From the human T2T-CHM13v2.0 reference genome, Homo sapiens, in NCBI RefSeq assembly GCF_009914755.1, contig NC_060931.1: a stretch of DNA of 64,000 nucleotides; one strand, written 5' to 3'. Shown in pieces: positions 1-12,996 of the stretch. Within the stretch, counting starts at the first letter, position 1. Each line of letters starts with the position of its first letter. Under the pieces are notes generated by a model. The model was not told where the DNA came from. It worked only from the letters and a program-made list of their open reading frames with translations, and searched no databases. The position numbers and the translations under genes were made by a program.

Positions 1-205
1 GGTGGCTCTGAAGAGCTCTGACCTATTCCTGGGAATCTAGAATGCCAAGCACGTGTGCAGAGTTGTGCACATCTTAAGAAAAGAGCTAAGAGTGCCCCAG
101 TCTTTCACCTCTAGCTGACCTTGAGGCTCTTCACAAGCAAGAAGTGGTGGCTAAGGCGGAATTGTAGTCTGCCTGTTAGAATGTTGAAGCGTACCTCAAA
201 GCACA
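1..205 (+). mobile_element. Old L1M (L1MB/L1M4-type) 5'-region fragment
   Basis: 'gaccttgaggctcttcacaagcaagaagtggtggctaaggcgg' resembles L1M 5'UTR and is contiguous with L1 ORF2 sequence. Confidence 0.5.
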
Positions 206-1668
206 TAGACAACCTGTGGATTGAGATAAAATATTTTCAAACCACACATCTGGTAAGAGGTTAATATCCAAAATATGTAAGCAATTCTGAAAACAAGTTT
301 TCTTAATTATTTCACATATGTGCATGTATCATAATATCACATTGCATCCTATAAATATATGTAATTATAATTTGTCAATTTAAAAAACATATAATACTTT
401 TTAAAAATAATATGAGGCAAATAATATTCTAAATTTCCAAATTTAAAATGCGCACAGGATTTAAATAGATATTAAAATAGATATTCAAATCCTATGCCCA
501 TTTTGTATATCTTTTTGTATATTTATGTATCTTTGAAAGAAGATATACCAATGGCTGGTAAGCTCATGAAAAGATGCTGTCTAAGTCAGTCTGGGGACTG
601 CTATAACTACAAACTGGTGAATTATAAACAACAGAATTTTATTTCTCATAGTTCTGGAGGCAGGAAGTGTGAGATCAGGGTGCCAGCATGGTTGGTTTGA
701 GGGCATTCTTTCAGGTTGCAGACTCCTGACTTCTTGTAGCCTCACATGGCAGAAAGTGGATGAGCTACCCTGCTGGCCTCTTCTCAAAAGGACACTAAAA
801 TCTACCCTGATGACCTAATTACCTCCCAAAGTTCCCACTTCCAAATATCATCACATTGAAATTAGAATTCAACACACAGATTTTGGGGGACACAAATCCA
901 TAACAGATGCTCAGCATCACTGGTCATTAGGAAAATTAAAATCAAAACCACAATGAAATACCACTTTACACTCACTGGGATGGCTAAAATTAAAAAGGGA
1001 GACATTAATAAATTTTGACAAGGATGTGAAGAAATTGGCACTCTCCTACATTTCTGGTAGAATTGTCAAAGTGTAACTTCTTTGGAAAACATTTTGGAAG
1101 CTCCTTAAAATATTAAACACATAATTACAGACAATAAAGTCAGAAATTCCACTAGTAGGTATATTCCCAAGAGAAATGAAAACAAATTTTCATGCAAAGA
1201 CTTGTGGAAAAATATACATACAGCATCATTTATAGTAACCCCCAAAGTGGAAACAGCCTAAGAGTCCATCAACTGATTAACAAATAAAATGTGAAAATGT
1301 ATAAAATGGAACATTATTTGGCTATAAAAAGAAATGAAGAACTGATTTATGCTGCAACATGGGTAAAACTTGAAAAGACCATGCTAAGTGAAAGAAGCCA
1401 GTCAGTAAGATCACATATGGATGATTTCATTTCTGTGAAATATTCAGAATAGGAAAATTGAAAGAGTCAGAAAGTTGATTCCAAGGGAGAGAAAGGAATA
1501 GAACATAATATGACTGCTAATGGGCACAACTTTTTTCTTCACAGGCACGAAAATGATTAAAATTATACAGGGGAATTGCTTGCACAACTCTGAATATTCT
1601 AAAAATCGAATTGAATAATCAAAAGGAAGGATTTCATGATATATAAATTTTGTCACAATAAAGCTGTT
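206..1668 (+). mobile_element. L1MB-type ORF2 3' end and 3'UTR, interrupted by an L1MA 3' fragment (~300-390) and MLT1A
   Basis: 'aaaaccacaatgaaataccac', 'atgctaagtgaaagaagccag', ends 'caataaagctgtt'. Confidence 0.85.
578..905 (-). mobile_element. MLT1A MaLR solo LTR nested in L1
   Basis: TG...CA ends; 5-bp TSD GATGC at 573-577 and 906-910; 'gagatcagggtgccagcatgg' motif. Confidence 0.9.
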
Positions 1669-3335
1669 ACTTGTAAATGTAAACTAAACTTTTCATTACC
1701 AGTCAGAAATTTTACATTGCTCCTTTTTCCTTTCCAATGTTATTTTCACTTACCTGAAATAACAGTATCCCAATTTATAATAAATATTTTTAATTATCCC
1801 TTATATTTAGTTAAAAATTACGCACATTGATTAAAATGAAAGTATATGTTTAAAATTTTTGTGACTTTAAGCTTTAAAAAATTAGCCAGATTAGCCTTTA
1901 AAATTATTATTAGTACATAATTGATCAAAATTTTGGAAATAATTAACAAAAACAAAATTTTATTTGAAAAAATCTTTCTTAATGTGATAGAAGTGGAGTG
2001 GGGAGATTAATGTTTATGGTTCCTTGACTAAAGATAGTGTATCGTGACCTTTTGTTCAGCATCTCAAAGGCTTGCGTCACAGCAAATGTACCCTGGTATG
2101 GGGGAAATAGAGTAAAGAAACACAGAGAAAGGAACAGAAGAAAAAGTGAAAAGGCAAGAACTTTACTTGAGCCTGTACTCCAACAATATGAAATAAAATT
2201 CAAGAAAGTATAGTAAATTAAAAATAAGCTTAGCATTAACCCAGTAATACAATGTTTTAAATCCCAGGCTTACATGTGTGCACCAGCTCTAGAATACTAA
2301 AAGGGATCAGTAAAAATTGTTTTTAACCTTAGGGTAAAATTCTACTGATGAGAATGGCTGTTTCCATACAAAAAATAAAATTTACATGCTCAGTTTCATG
2401 AGTCTATTTTTAAATGGCCAAATTTATATCAGGGGCATCTTGATCGCACTCCACTGAAGAAATTTTTGCATGGGGACATACTGATGAGGCCTATAAGATA
2501 AATTACTAGGCATTCAACCAAACTCTTCTGTGGGGGAGGGGATGCTGTATGTTAAATTTAGCTTTCACAGATTAAAAATGAGGCTGAATAATTTTATATG
2601 TTTATTAGACATTTACTTTTATTTTAATAGCCTGTTTTGTAATTGGATTTCTTTTAATATTGCTTATGTTAATATTAGTGTGCAATAATTATTTACATAT
2701 TATTAGTCATTGATCAAGTATATTAACATACTTTTTCAATTTGTGACTTACCATTTTGTTTCTAATATTGATTTATATACAAAAGTTCAGAATGATATAT
2801 ACTCAAATATGTTTATTTTTCTTTTATTTTTAAAGACCTTTTTGTTGTAAAATCACATAAATACGTGCCTATATTTTTTCTTGCTCTTTTGAAGATTCAT
2901 ATGCTATATTTAATTCTTTAATCTTGATTATATATTGAAACATGGTGCATTAGGAATCTAATTGTGGTTTAGAAAATAAATAATTGTCCCAGGGACTCTT
3001 TAGCAAATACTTCATCAATTTGCAGTAATTTGAAATTCCATCTTTATCCTAAACTTATCAACTTATCCTAAACTTATCCTAAATTTATCAACAAATATTC
3101 TTTTGTTGATGTTTAGGTTGAATGGTAAGTTTCCTTTTCTGTTTCTTGTACTGGTATTCACTATGAATTACTGAAATTTTACAATGCATTTTAACACTTA
3201 AAAGTAAATTACAACTTAGAATAAGCTACATTTTTCCATAATTATCTGTGCTATTCTCATAAATTTCATCTTACACATAAATTTAGAATCATTTTATAAA
3301 ATTTCCCCAAATTTTGTATAAGAGTTTTGTTTGAG

Positions 3336-3580
3336 CTGTGGTCCAAGGTGTTAAAGAGGGAGAATCTGGAATTGGACTGCCTGAGATTGAGTTCTGAATC
3401 TACCAATTACGTGATGTTTAATCTTGTATCATCCACTTAACTTCAATTTACTTATCTGCAAATAATAATAATACCTAACAATTAAGATATTCTAAATCTT
3501 AAATATGCTTGCATACATATACATACATAACCTAACATGATTTCTATCCTAGAACAAAGCATTTAATAAAAATTGTATAT
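3336..3580 (+). mobile_element. MIR SINE
   Basis: 'gttctgaatctaccaattac...cttaacttcaatttacttatctgcaaataataataatacct' MIR core. Confidence 0.7.
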
Positions 3581-4783
3581 TATTATTTTAAAAATTTCAT
3601 TGGATTTACAAATTATCTTGGGGAATTATAGTCTTAGATTTAATAGATTTCTAATTCAGGAAAACAATTATTGAAGTACTTTTTTCTTTTCAAATATTTA
3701 CTAATGTTTTTCAAATAGGTCTGGAGCATGTTTTCATTTTATAATCATTTGTAGGCATTACATATTTTTGCTACTTTGTGAATAAAATAGTTTTTCTAAT
3801 TGTATTGACTCAACTTTTATAGTGATATATTGAAAATACATGTTTTTTTGTTAATGGACCACATTACTGATCCTGCTTATTAGGTCTATTTTAATCAATT
3901 AATTTGGGTTTTCTCAATAATTGTATGATACCTAGTAATGATAATTTTATTTCTTCCTGTCTAATATTTACATTTCATTTTTTCTTCCTTTATTGCATTC
4001 TCTAGAAATTTAAGAATGATACTGAATAACAGTGATAAATAGAAATCCATATCTTATTCTTGTTTCAAATTTTAACAGAAATATTTTCAATGTTTTAAAG
4101 TCCGGTAACATGCTGGTTATTGTTGGAATAAGTCTTCTTTACAATACTGTTTTTTTTTCTTCTTAGTTTGTACCAATTTGCTTTAGAAAGGGATATTGGA
4201 TTTCATCAAAATTGTTTTTGAAATACAACAAAATGAAGATGTTTATTTTTTAATTATTGATTGATTTAATGATTTACCAAAATTGATTTGTCTATTTTGA
4301 TCCATCCTTGCATTTCTGGAATAAAAATGTCAAAGCATAAACATTAAAATCAAACTCTTTGTGTTTACATACTTGTTCTAAAAGTTATTAGCCATGTATA
4401 TTTGGCCTATTATTTCACTTTCTTCACCTATAAAATGAGGATTGAAAAGTTATTTTTCTCATGAGATTATTATGGGGCTTAAAATGTTAATAGATCATAG
4501 TAGACTCTTTTAGTTTGTTTTTGTATTTACTCTGAATTGATTTTGTAATGTTTGTATCTAGATTTAGAAGTAAAAGTGTACCATATATTTTTGCATACTT
4601 TCCTACCCAGATTTTTGTATCATTTCAGGAGATTCTTGTTTTGTTTTGTTTTGTTTTCAGATTTTCGAAGTGATTAGCATTGAATCATTTACTAATCTAC
4701 TAATTTCATCAACATTCATACATATTGTTTGATGTTCAACCTTATTTTAAATTCTTATGATTTTTTTCCTTTCCCTTATTAGC

Positions 4784-5320
4784 TGTATTAGTATCCTATT
4801 GCCACTCTAACAAATTGCTAAAAGTTTAGTGGCTTAAAGCAACACAATTTTATTATGCAACAATTTTACTATATATATAACAATATAACTTAATATGAAT
4901 TACATACCGTGTTATATTTTATTACATATAATATATAAATTATTTTATATATCTATATGTGTATAATTATGTCACAGGTCTAAAATGTATCCAGAGGCCT
5001 GTGTTCCTTTTGGAGGTTCTGGAGGAGATCAATTTCCTCTCCTTTTCCATCCCCAGGATGGTTCCCTACTCCTTGGCTCATAGCTGCTTCCTCCATCTTC
5101 AAAACCAGCAGCATACATCTTCTCTCCTCTTTGACCTTTGCTTCACTCCTTATATCATCTTTTCTGCCTCAGACTCTACTGTCCCCCTCTTATTAGGAAC
5201 CCTGTGATTACACTGAGCCCACTTGGATAGTCCATGATCACGCCTCCGAAATCATTTTTGCCAATAAGTCACTTTGCCATATATTGACAAATTACAGGGG
5301 TTAATTTGTCATCTTTGGGA
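4784..5320 (-). mobile_element. MLT1D/E-type MaLR LTR with AT-rich internal stretch
   Basis: Begins 'tgtattagtatcctattgccactctaacaaatt'; 'cctccatcttcaaaaccagca', 'ccctgtgattacactgagccc'. Confidence 0.8.
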
Positions 5321-8300
5321 TGTTTATCAGATAGCTTAGTTTTCTCTAAACAACATTATCTTCGTGTGACTTGTTAATTTTGCCATTTTCAATTTTCAAA
5401 ATTTTATTACTTTTTCCTTTTTTAAAACTCCAGTTATTTTTCTTTGTCCAACTCTTTGAATTAGTATTTTTACTTATTCTTAAACTTAAGCATTTGCATC
5501 TCTAAATTTTTGTAGTTTTGGATGCGTGTCATAAATTTTGTTTTGTAGTCATCCAGTTATTGCCATTTTTAAAATTAATAATTTTAAGTTTGACATTCCC
5601 TTTGATCTTTGCATTATTTAGGTGAGTTTTTTAAAAAAAAATTACAAGTGACTCATTAAACTTGTACTTTGCTATTAATTTTTTATTTTATGCATCGTGG
5701 TAAAGTAACATCCTAAATGACTTCTGTATTTTGAGTTTTCTTAGGTTTTCTTAGCGGCCTAATAATAATCAGTTTATATAAATTCAATGATTTGTAGGAT
5801 ATAGAATGTCATATCTGGCTTTTAATTAGTATTATTAAATTTATTTTTTTATCCACTGTAAGGTTATTTATTTTTGCCTACTTCATAGGCTTCAAAGGGT
5901 CCATTGTAGTGACATTAATTAGAGAATGTGGCATATTAAAAGAAAGCTGAGATGTTCAGGAATTTTTAAATTTTAGGTAAAAACTGCAAGAAATATAAAA
6001 GCAAAAAAATAGAACACATTTAATTTTGAACAGTAAAAATTTATTGTTTGTATGTGTACTTCCTTGACTTTTTCTGCACATTTGCCTACCGATGAGCATT
6101 TAGGGAAAAGTAATGTTTAAATTGTAAAAAGTAAATAGATAACTTTTTTCAAAATCTTCCCTTTTTCATCTGGCTTTCTACCTACGTATATTCTGAAACT
6201 GAAAACTCTTTTGACTTTGCCCGTCTGTATACTGTCATTAAGGCACACATCAGAAAAACAGTGGTGCTTGTGGCATTAAAAGTATGAGGAACTTGCTTCA
6301 AACTGCTGTCCCAGCAGAAGGCCAGTGTAGGTTTTAGCTAGCTTTTCTTTAACCTTCTGAATTACAGCAGAGAGCTGATACTGAAACCACGTCTGAAAGT
6401 TCTAAACTAAATGAGTTTGATGGTGTCAGCTTAACTGGAGCCAAAATAAACCTACGGTATATGTTTATACTGTCTGTTTTATACATGTCTAGAGCAGGGG
6501 AACTATTGAAGTTGAATTACTTCTTACCCCTGGAGAGGGTAGTCCTTCAGTGTCATGACAAAGGTCACTGGTAGGTCATCATGGAGAAGCCAGTTTCTGG
6601 ACAACAGAGTGCAGTTTCAAAAGCCTGTCAATTTTTCATCTTCACAAAAGCAAAATGGTAAAAATGTTTTTGTAATAACAGAAATATAAATGTATACGTA
6701 TACATTTGTGCACATTTACATGTTCAGGTTTAAAATACATATTCTCAGTGTGTGCATAGAAAATTGTACCTGAAAACTATTGTTTCATTTGGAATTATTT
6801 TTACTTTGAATTTTATGGAATATTAGTAAAATAAGAAAAGTTTCACTTACATACCAATGTCAAAATATCTCAGCTTTGCCAAGGTTAATAATGGGCTTTA
6901 TTGACAGGTGTCAGGAGATGGCGAATCAAGAGTGAAGAATGCAATCCCCAGTTCAAAAGAACAGAACATTTTTCAAATCCATCAGCATATATAAAGTACA
7001 TTTATTTTTATTTAAAATGGTAATTACTTTTATTTTAAATTTAATTTTTATTCTGTCTCCCCCACCCCGACCTTTTTAAAGCAGAATAATTTTCCAAATG
7101 TTGATTTTCTTTAAATGTAAATTTTATAAAGACAAATTACTCAAAACAAAGAGTATTCTATCCTAATTATTACCAATTTTATTTTAATGTTTAAGATGCT
7201 GGTATGTATGAATAATAATCATGTAATCTAACTGTCCACCTTCAGTATTGATCAACTCATCTACCTGATGTCTTCTTGCTGTTGCTATACTGACCTCTGC
7301 AGGCTTCTGAAGTTGGGAACAATTGTTTACTCTGTGCATAGCGCTGCTGGCCATTGTAGAATAAAATCAAAGACTCTATAGTTGCCAATGACTTGCACAC
7401 GTTGATTTATCGATGAGCTTAGATTTCTTTTCATTCTTTGATAAAGAAATTTGTGCATATATGTTTTGATGAATAATTTCAAAAGCAGGATTTCACATTC
7501 TTGATTACTAAATAACTTTTTTGCCCAACAAACCTGTTTAAGTTGAAAAATCTTTAAAATGTACACTTTAAAGACTATTTTTTACCTTTAATATAGGAAA
7601 AAATTATTGGCGAGTTAGTTGGTGCAACAATGATAGTCAAAAACATTTTCTGTTGCAATTAAACTATATATTGACTCAGACTTTGTTCCGTGTGCAGTTT
7701 TATTACATTTTTTCATCTGTTCCTGCATAATAAGCACTTTAACTTGTAAGTTAGGGAATCATTTGCAGACCTATTGAAGCTCATATAAGATCATTTATGA
7801 ATTCTGATATAAATATTATAAATAGCAAATGAGTTTTGTGATGTATCTATGCACAATGCAATTTTATCCTGTAGCATTGTGCATTTTCTGTAAAAGAATA
7901 GTCTGTTTTTTCTAGCCTAATTCTTCTCACCATTTTGTACTTTAAGATTTCTAACATGTATTCATGCCCAACTATAACTTTCCAATTAGTCTCTGACACC
8001 TCTTTATACATACATATATATATATACAGATATGTGTATATGTCTAACTCATGGTCCAGTCTGGTTGATTTGCAGAGCAGTGCCCCAAACTTTATTTATG
8101 TTAGAGACAAAAGCATGTTGAATTGTAGCTCTGTGTATGCCTATTTCTGATTTAACAAATGACAATATACAGAATGCTTAAAAATTTAGGCCTGGAAATA
8201 TAATTTTGTCTGGTTTATGTTCCTTTGCTTTCTTCACTTTTACTGATTTTAGTAACTATTTCATCTGTTTGCTACAGCTACAGAAATTATTTTCCTAAAT

Positions 8301-8619
8301 AGGTATAGGGGCTATCCCAGCAATTTCTAGCTCTCCACTAAGTAATAAAATTATTTACAAAATTCATTTTCATTCATTCATGAATGAAATGTTCTATCAC
8401 CTTTTCTCCATTTACAAAAGTTCAGATGATACTCATTCTGTAATAGTTCCTCTCAGCCTAGCTGTTAACTGAATCCTGTATCCTAGAATTTAAATAGTCC
8501 AAGATTTTCATTATAAGTCACTATCACTTGAAACATCCATTTATGTTTTCTCATTATTTTGGCCAAAAACATATAATTTTATGTGAAATACACAGATATA
8601 ACTGGAGCAAAACAAAATG

Positions 8620-8945
8620 TGCCCTTAATACATTGTCTTTACAAATTTTTGGATAACTAATGGGAAAAGTTTTAACATTAACTAGATGTTAGAGGATCTT
8701 AAGGAATTATTGTTTATTTTTTATGTTTTCCCATTATGTTTTTATAAGTCCTTATTTTTTCTGATTATATAATGTCTGGAATTTGCTTTAAAATATTCCA
8801 GTGGTAGTGCTAGAGTGAGACAAGGAGTGGTGGGTGAAAATATAGATGAAATAGCTTTGCCCTGAATATCAAGGGGGTGACTACATGGAGGCTCACAATT
8901 TTCTCCGCTCTTTATATGTTTGAACGTTTATAATAAAAACTTGAA
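8620..8945 (+). mobile_element. L1MC/ME 3' end
   Basis: 'aatgtctggaatttgctttaaaatattccag', 'tatatgtttgaacgtttataataaaaa'. Confidence 0.7.
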
Positions 8946-9500
8946 AATAACAATAATGGATTCACAGCACCTTCTCCTCACAATCATTCAACCAAGCCAT
9001 CGCCTTAAACCAGGGCCCTTGAGATGCTTCTTTCACCACACTTTTCGAATACAAACACTTAAGCACTGTAGATCTGGCCGGCTGCCATGTTCACCTCTCA
9101 GCCTGTTTCTTCTTCTGTTTTAAGACCCAGCATTTGACTTCTCAAATATGCTACTCAGTCCTATACTATGCCTCATGCTCACACAATCCGGCATGTATTA
9201 TCCCATCCCTCTACTTCAGTGTGCTTTCTCTTCCTTCCTTTATTCCTTCAAAAGTGAAATTGGATATCCTCTCTTCTAGGACATCACATTGATTTAGGTA
9301 AAACCTCCCAAAAATTAGCTACAGAGTTATTCACTTCATCCCCTTTACTCTGACAGTTCAACTTTGTACTGTTTACTATTCATACTTTTTACAATTGCTA
9401 CTTAATCACACATTATATTTATTTATTTACACACATCTCACTGAAAGAATTTAGGAGTTCACTGAAAGTCTTTAATGTGCTTGTATTTCCAATTATATTT

Positions 9501-9649
9501 TATTATCCTTGTTTATTCTCCCCTTCATCATCCTTATGTATTGTTTACTTATATTATACTATTATAATGTACATATTATATTATCCTTGTTATTCTCCCT
9601 CTCATCATTCCTACATATTTCTTAGTTGTGTTATACCATTATAATGTAT
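9501..9649. repeat. Diverged 78-bp tandem duplication (2 copies)
   Basis: 'tattatccttg(t)ttattctccc..catcat...attataatgta' recurs at 9501 and 9579. Confidence 0.8.
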
Positions 9650-11928
9650 CTTTTAAAAGCTACTTTAAATTATTTGTTACAATTTGGGGAAGATAAAAAT
9701 AAGTAATCAAATAATATTTCTTATTCATTGTGAAACACTTCAGGACAGCTAATGCCTTTTGTTGATTTTTGTATACCCAGCATAAAGTTAAATTCAGCTG
9801 AAAAAAAAAAACAAAAAAAATTAAAAGGAATAGTCAGGAATGCGTTTGCCACACAAGAGAAAAAAAGATTGAGGAAAGATTGTTTGAATTACCCATTTTA
9901 GAAAAGAATCCAAAATAAATTTCAAAAACTTTATTTTTCATTTAATGTTTTTTAAATGCATAAACTTATTACTTTTTGGTACATGAAGCTAAATGTACTT
10001 TGCTGATTTGAGACCTAGCTGTTATCACCATTTATTACTAATTTATTACAATTACATAGTATTCTTCTTGTTGCTGTTTTGTCTTAAAACAACTATTTAT
10101 AAGTCATAGTGCTAGAACAACATGCATATTATTACAGTTTTTTAAAAAAAACAAACCTTGAGTTATCAGGATACATTTGTAAACATGTTAATTTACAAAT
10201 ACATTTACATAGCTACTTATAGTTTTCACCTTAACCATTTTTTTCATTTATTATGGTAAAATTAATAATTAACATATAAAAAGTAACGAGAAAGCTGAAA
10301 ATATAATTCTGCTCTTAAGTGTTTTCATATAATTTCAATTCCCTTTAAATAATATTCCAGGATTATGAACAATTGTAACTGTGGGCTATAAAATCTAAGC
10401 TATTTTATTAAAAATTCATAAATTTTCAGGGTAGGGGAATGCTGTATGCAAATATTTTTAATATAGTAGATTTTTACCGTAGTATTCTATCTAAAGTTCA
10501 GTAGAGCTATTAGATAATATTTAGGATGGTAAATTGACACACAAACACTTGTATAAACATCAGTCGAAACAGACAGAAACTTAGTTGTTTGGGGAAGGAA
10601 TGGAGATATTTCTGTAATCCTCTTGCCCATGAAATTTATCTTTATGCTAATAGTTTTTAACCATGATTGTAAATAGAAGTAACAGGTTGGCTTTATTACT
10701 AGGTAAGTTGAAGGCATGTAAGGCTTCATACAACTGAAAACTGATTCAAATGTGTGTCTTTGAGTTGTCCCTTCCCTTCCTTACCATCATAGCATGAGGG
10801 CTGTGCTGTAGCTCTAGGGTCAGCAAGCAACAAGAGAATCAGTAGCTCCCATATAAGAGATCACCTGGCAAGTTAAACTTCCCTCTCACACCCTGCTTCC
10901 AAGTCCTTCTACAACATTATCGTTAAGTGGCATATGTATGAGACCAAGGAGGCTACCTCTACATATTCTGCTTCCTTCCTAAGGTGGTTAGAGGTGAGAG
11001 ATGATGACAGTAAGGACAATCACAACATTTATTCCCACTTATTGTTGCCAGACACTGCTAAGTTCAAGGTTCATAGTCCTTGCTGTGAATGATTTCTGTG
11101 ATTTCAGATTGCAAAGCTTTAATTGACTCTGTTTCTTCATTTATTCATAATAAATATTATTTGGATTAAAAACCTTGAGTTGGACATTAATCAAAAAATT
11201 ATCTTATTTGTTTTAATTTTATAGAATAAATAACAGGTTCTGATAGGGTAATCTTCTTCTGCAATGAATACGTTAAAAGTTAAGCCAAGATATTTTGAGA
11301 GTTAAAACATTCCTTAATCATTTCTTTAAATTTTTATGTCATATGCAAAGTGTGATTTATAGTCACAACCTCAGATGTGCAAAATTATATGTCTTTATTT
11401 CTGTATATCTTAACAGAGCTCATGACCCTCCATTTTTACAGAATCCTGCTGTATTAAGGTATCCTCAGTCGCTTTCAGTTTAAATTTGCCCTTTCAAAAT
11501 ATTGCCTTTTCTGATGTTTCATCCTTTCTCTCCTTAAGTGATTCAGGAAGGCTGGGAGAAGTTATCTTGCCCCTTGCATCTGACCTACTCTGAGTTGCAC
11601 AATTCCCATAAAGGTATACATTATTGACACCCAAATCCTACTGCATTCATGCCCACCAGTCACCAGGGTCGTGAATTCTCTTTTCTTTAAATCCTAAACC
11701 CAAATCCCTTCAGGTTCATTGTCCTACACAGCTTATTCTATGGCCCTTCTCCATCTCATGAGAGGCCTAGAACCTTTCATATACCTCCCTTGTATACACT
11801 GTATGGCTACCTATGGCCAAGCTAAAAAAGTAAAAAATAAATTTAAAAAAGTGAAAACAAACAGATAAAATTAATTTTAATACTGTAAATACTGTAAATT
11901 TAATACTGTATTTACTGTAATTCAAATA

Positions 11929-12270
11929 CAGTCATGTGTTGCTTAACCATAGGGCTACATTTTGAGAGATGCCTGGTTAGGCTATTTCATCATTATATGA
12001 ACATCAAAGAGTGTACTTGCACAAACCTGGATGGTATAACCTACTACATACCTAGGCTATATGGTATAATTTATTGTTTCTATGCTAGAAACCTGAACGG
12101 CATGTTACAGTGCTGAATATGGTACTATAACACAATGTAAGCATTTATGTACCTAAACATACCTAAACATAGAAAAGCTATAGTAAAAATACAGTATGAT
12201 CATCTTATGGGACCACCATAGTATATGCAGCCCATTATTGATCAAAACATCGTTATGTGGCACATAACTG
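11929..12270 (-). mobile_element. Tigger3a (TcMar-Tigger MITE)
   Basis: TIRs CAGTCATGTG.../...CACATAACTG, flanking TA duplication, ~342 bp, 'cctaggctatatggtata' core. Confidence 0.9.
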
Positions 12271-12670
12271 TACTAGTAGAAAATCTGTCTTAATTTTGGA
12301 AAAACATTCTGAATCCACTGGAAGCTTTATACTATCTCAAAGAAATTTTTTTATTTTATTAATTCCAGTTCTAAGAATGACTTTTGTTTTTTAAAAATGA
12401 CTTTTTATATAACTTGATAAGCTTTTAAAAAATCATGCTTTAGTTATTTGTTAGAATCTCTAGTTCTAACCATTACTAAGTATGTCATACACAGAATCAC
12501 CCCTTCTATCCACCACCCATCAAAAAAAGAAAAAACAAGTCTGTAGTGTCATCTTGAGGAGGTGTAGGTACTCATAAGCGGATGAAGTTAAGATCTAATA
12601 CATCATATCCTCAGTCTTCGTGAAGGCAATGTGAGTTTTAGAAATAAAATTTATGAGTAATATTTATAAA

Positions 12671-12996
12671 GGCTGGGTGTGGTGGCTCACACCTATAATT
12701 CCAGCACTTTGAAGGCTGAGGCAGGGGAATCATTTGAGGCCAAAAACTTGAGACCAGCCTGGGCAACAAAGTGAGACTCTGTCTCTACAAAAATAAACAA
12801 TAAAAACAAAAATCGTTAACTGGGTGTGTTGATGCATGCCTGTAGTCCCAACTACTTGGGAGGCTTGCTTGAACCCGGGAGACTGAGGTTGCAGTGAGCC
12901 ATGATAACACCTCTGTATTCCATAAAATAAATGTTTTATTTTTTTTATTTTTAGAAAGAGTAAGACCCTGTTTTAAAAAATAAATAAAATAACTAA
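12671..12996 (+). mobile_element. AluJ with AT-rich replacement in the right arm
   Basis: Alu dimer; TSD AATATTTATAAA at 12659-12670 and 12997-13008. Confidence 0.9.

Larger units (their letters stand above)
2600..5890 (-). mobile_element. Highly decayed L1ME/L1M ORF2, interrupted by MIRs and MLT1
   Basis: T-rich antisense L1 motifs such as 'aatgataattttatttcttcct', 'tactgaataacagtgata', 'ccttgcatttctggaataaa'; boundaries approximate. Confidence 0.65.

Noticed and set aside
2340-2520. Two CTGATGA motifs followed by short stems (hammerhead-ribozyme-like)
   Set aside because: The invariant GAAA after stem II is missing (AAAA and ATTC instead) and no stem I/III closure was found.
3041-3095. 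Short AACTTATCCTA tandem repeats (similar TACTGTA repeats at 11878-11920)
   Set aside because: Ordinary slippage micro-duplications.
8373-8388. 16-bp palindrome TTCATTCATGAATGAA (also a 9-bp-arm hairpin at 17252-17277)
   Set aside because: Built from (TTCA)n low-complexity units or short enough to occur by chance in 64 kb of AT-rich DNA.
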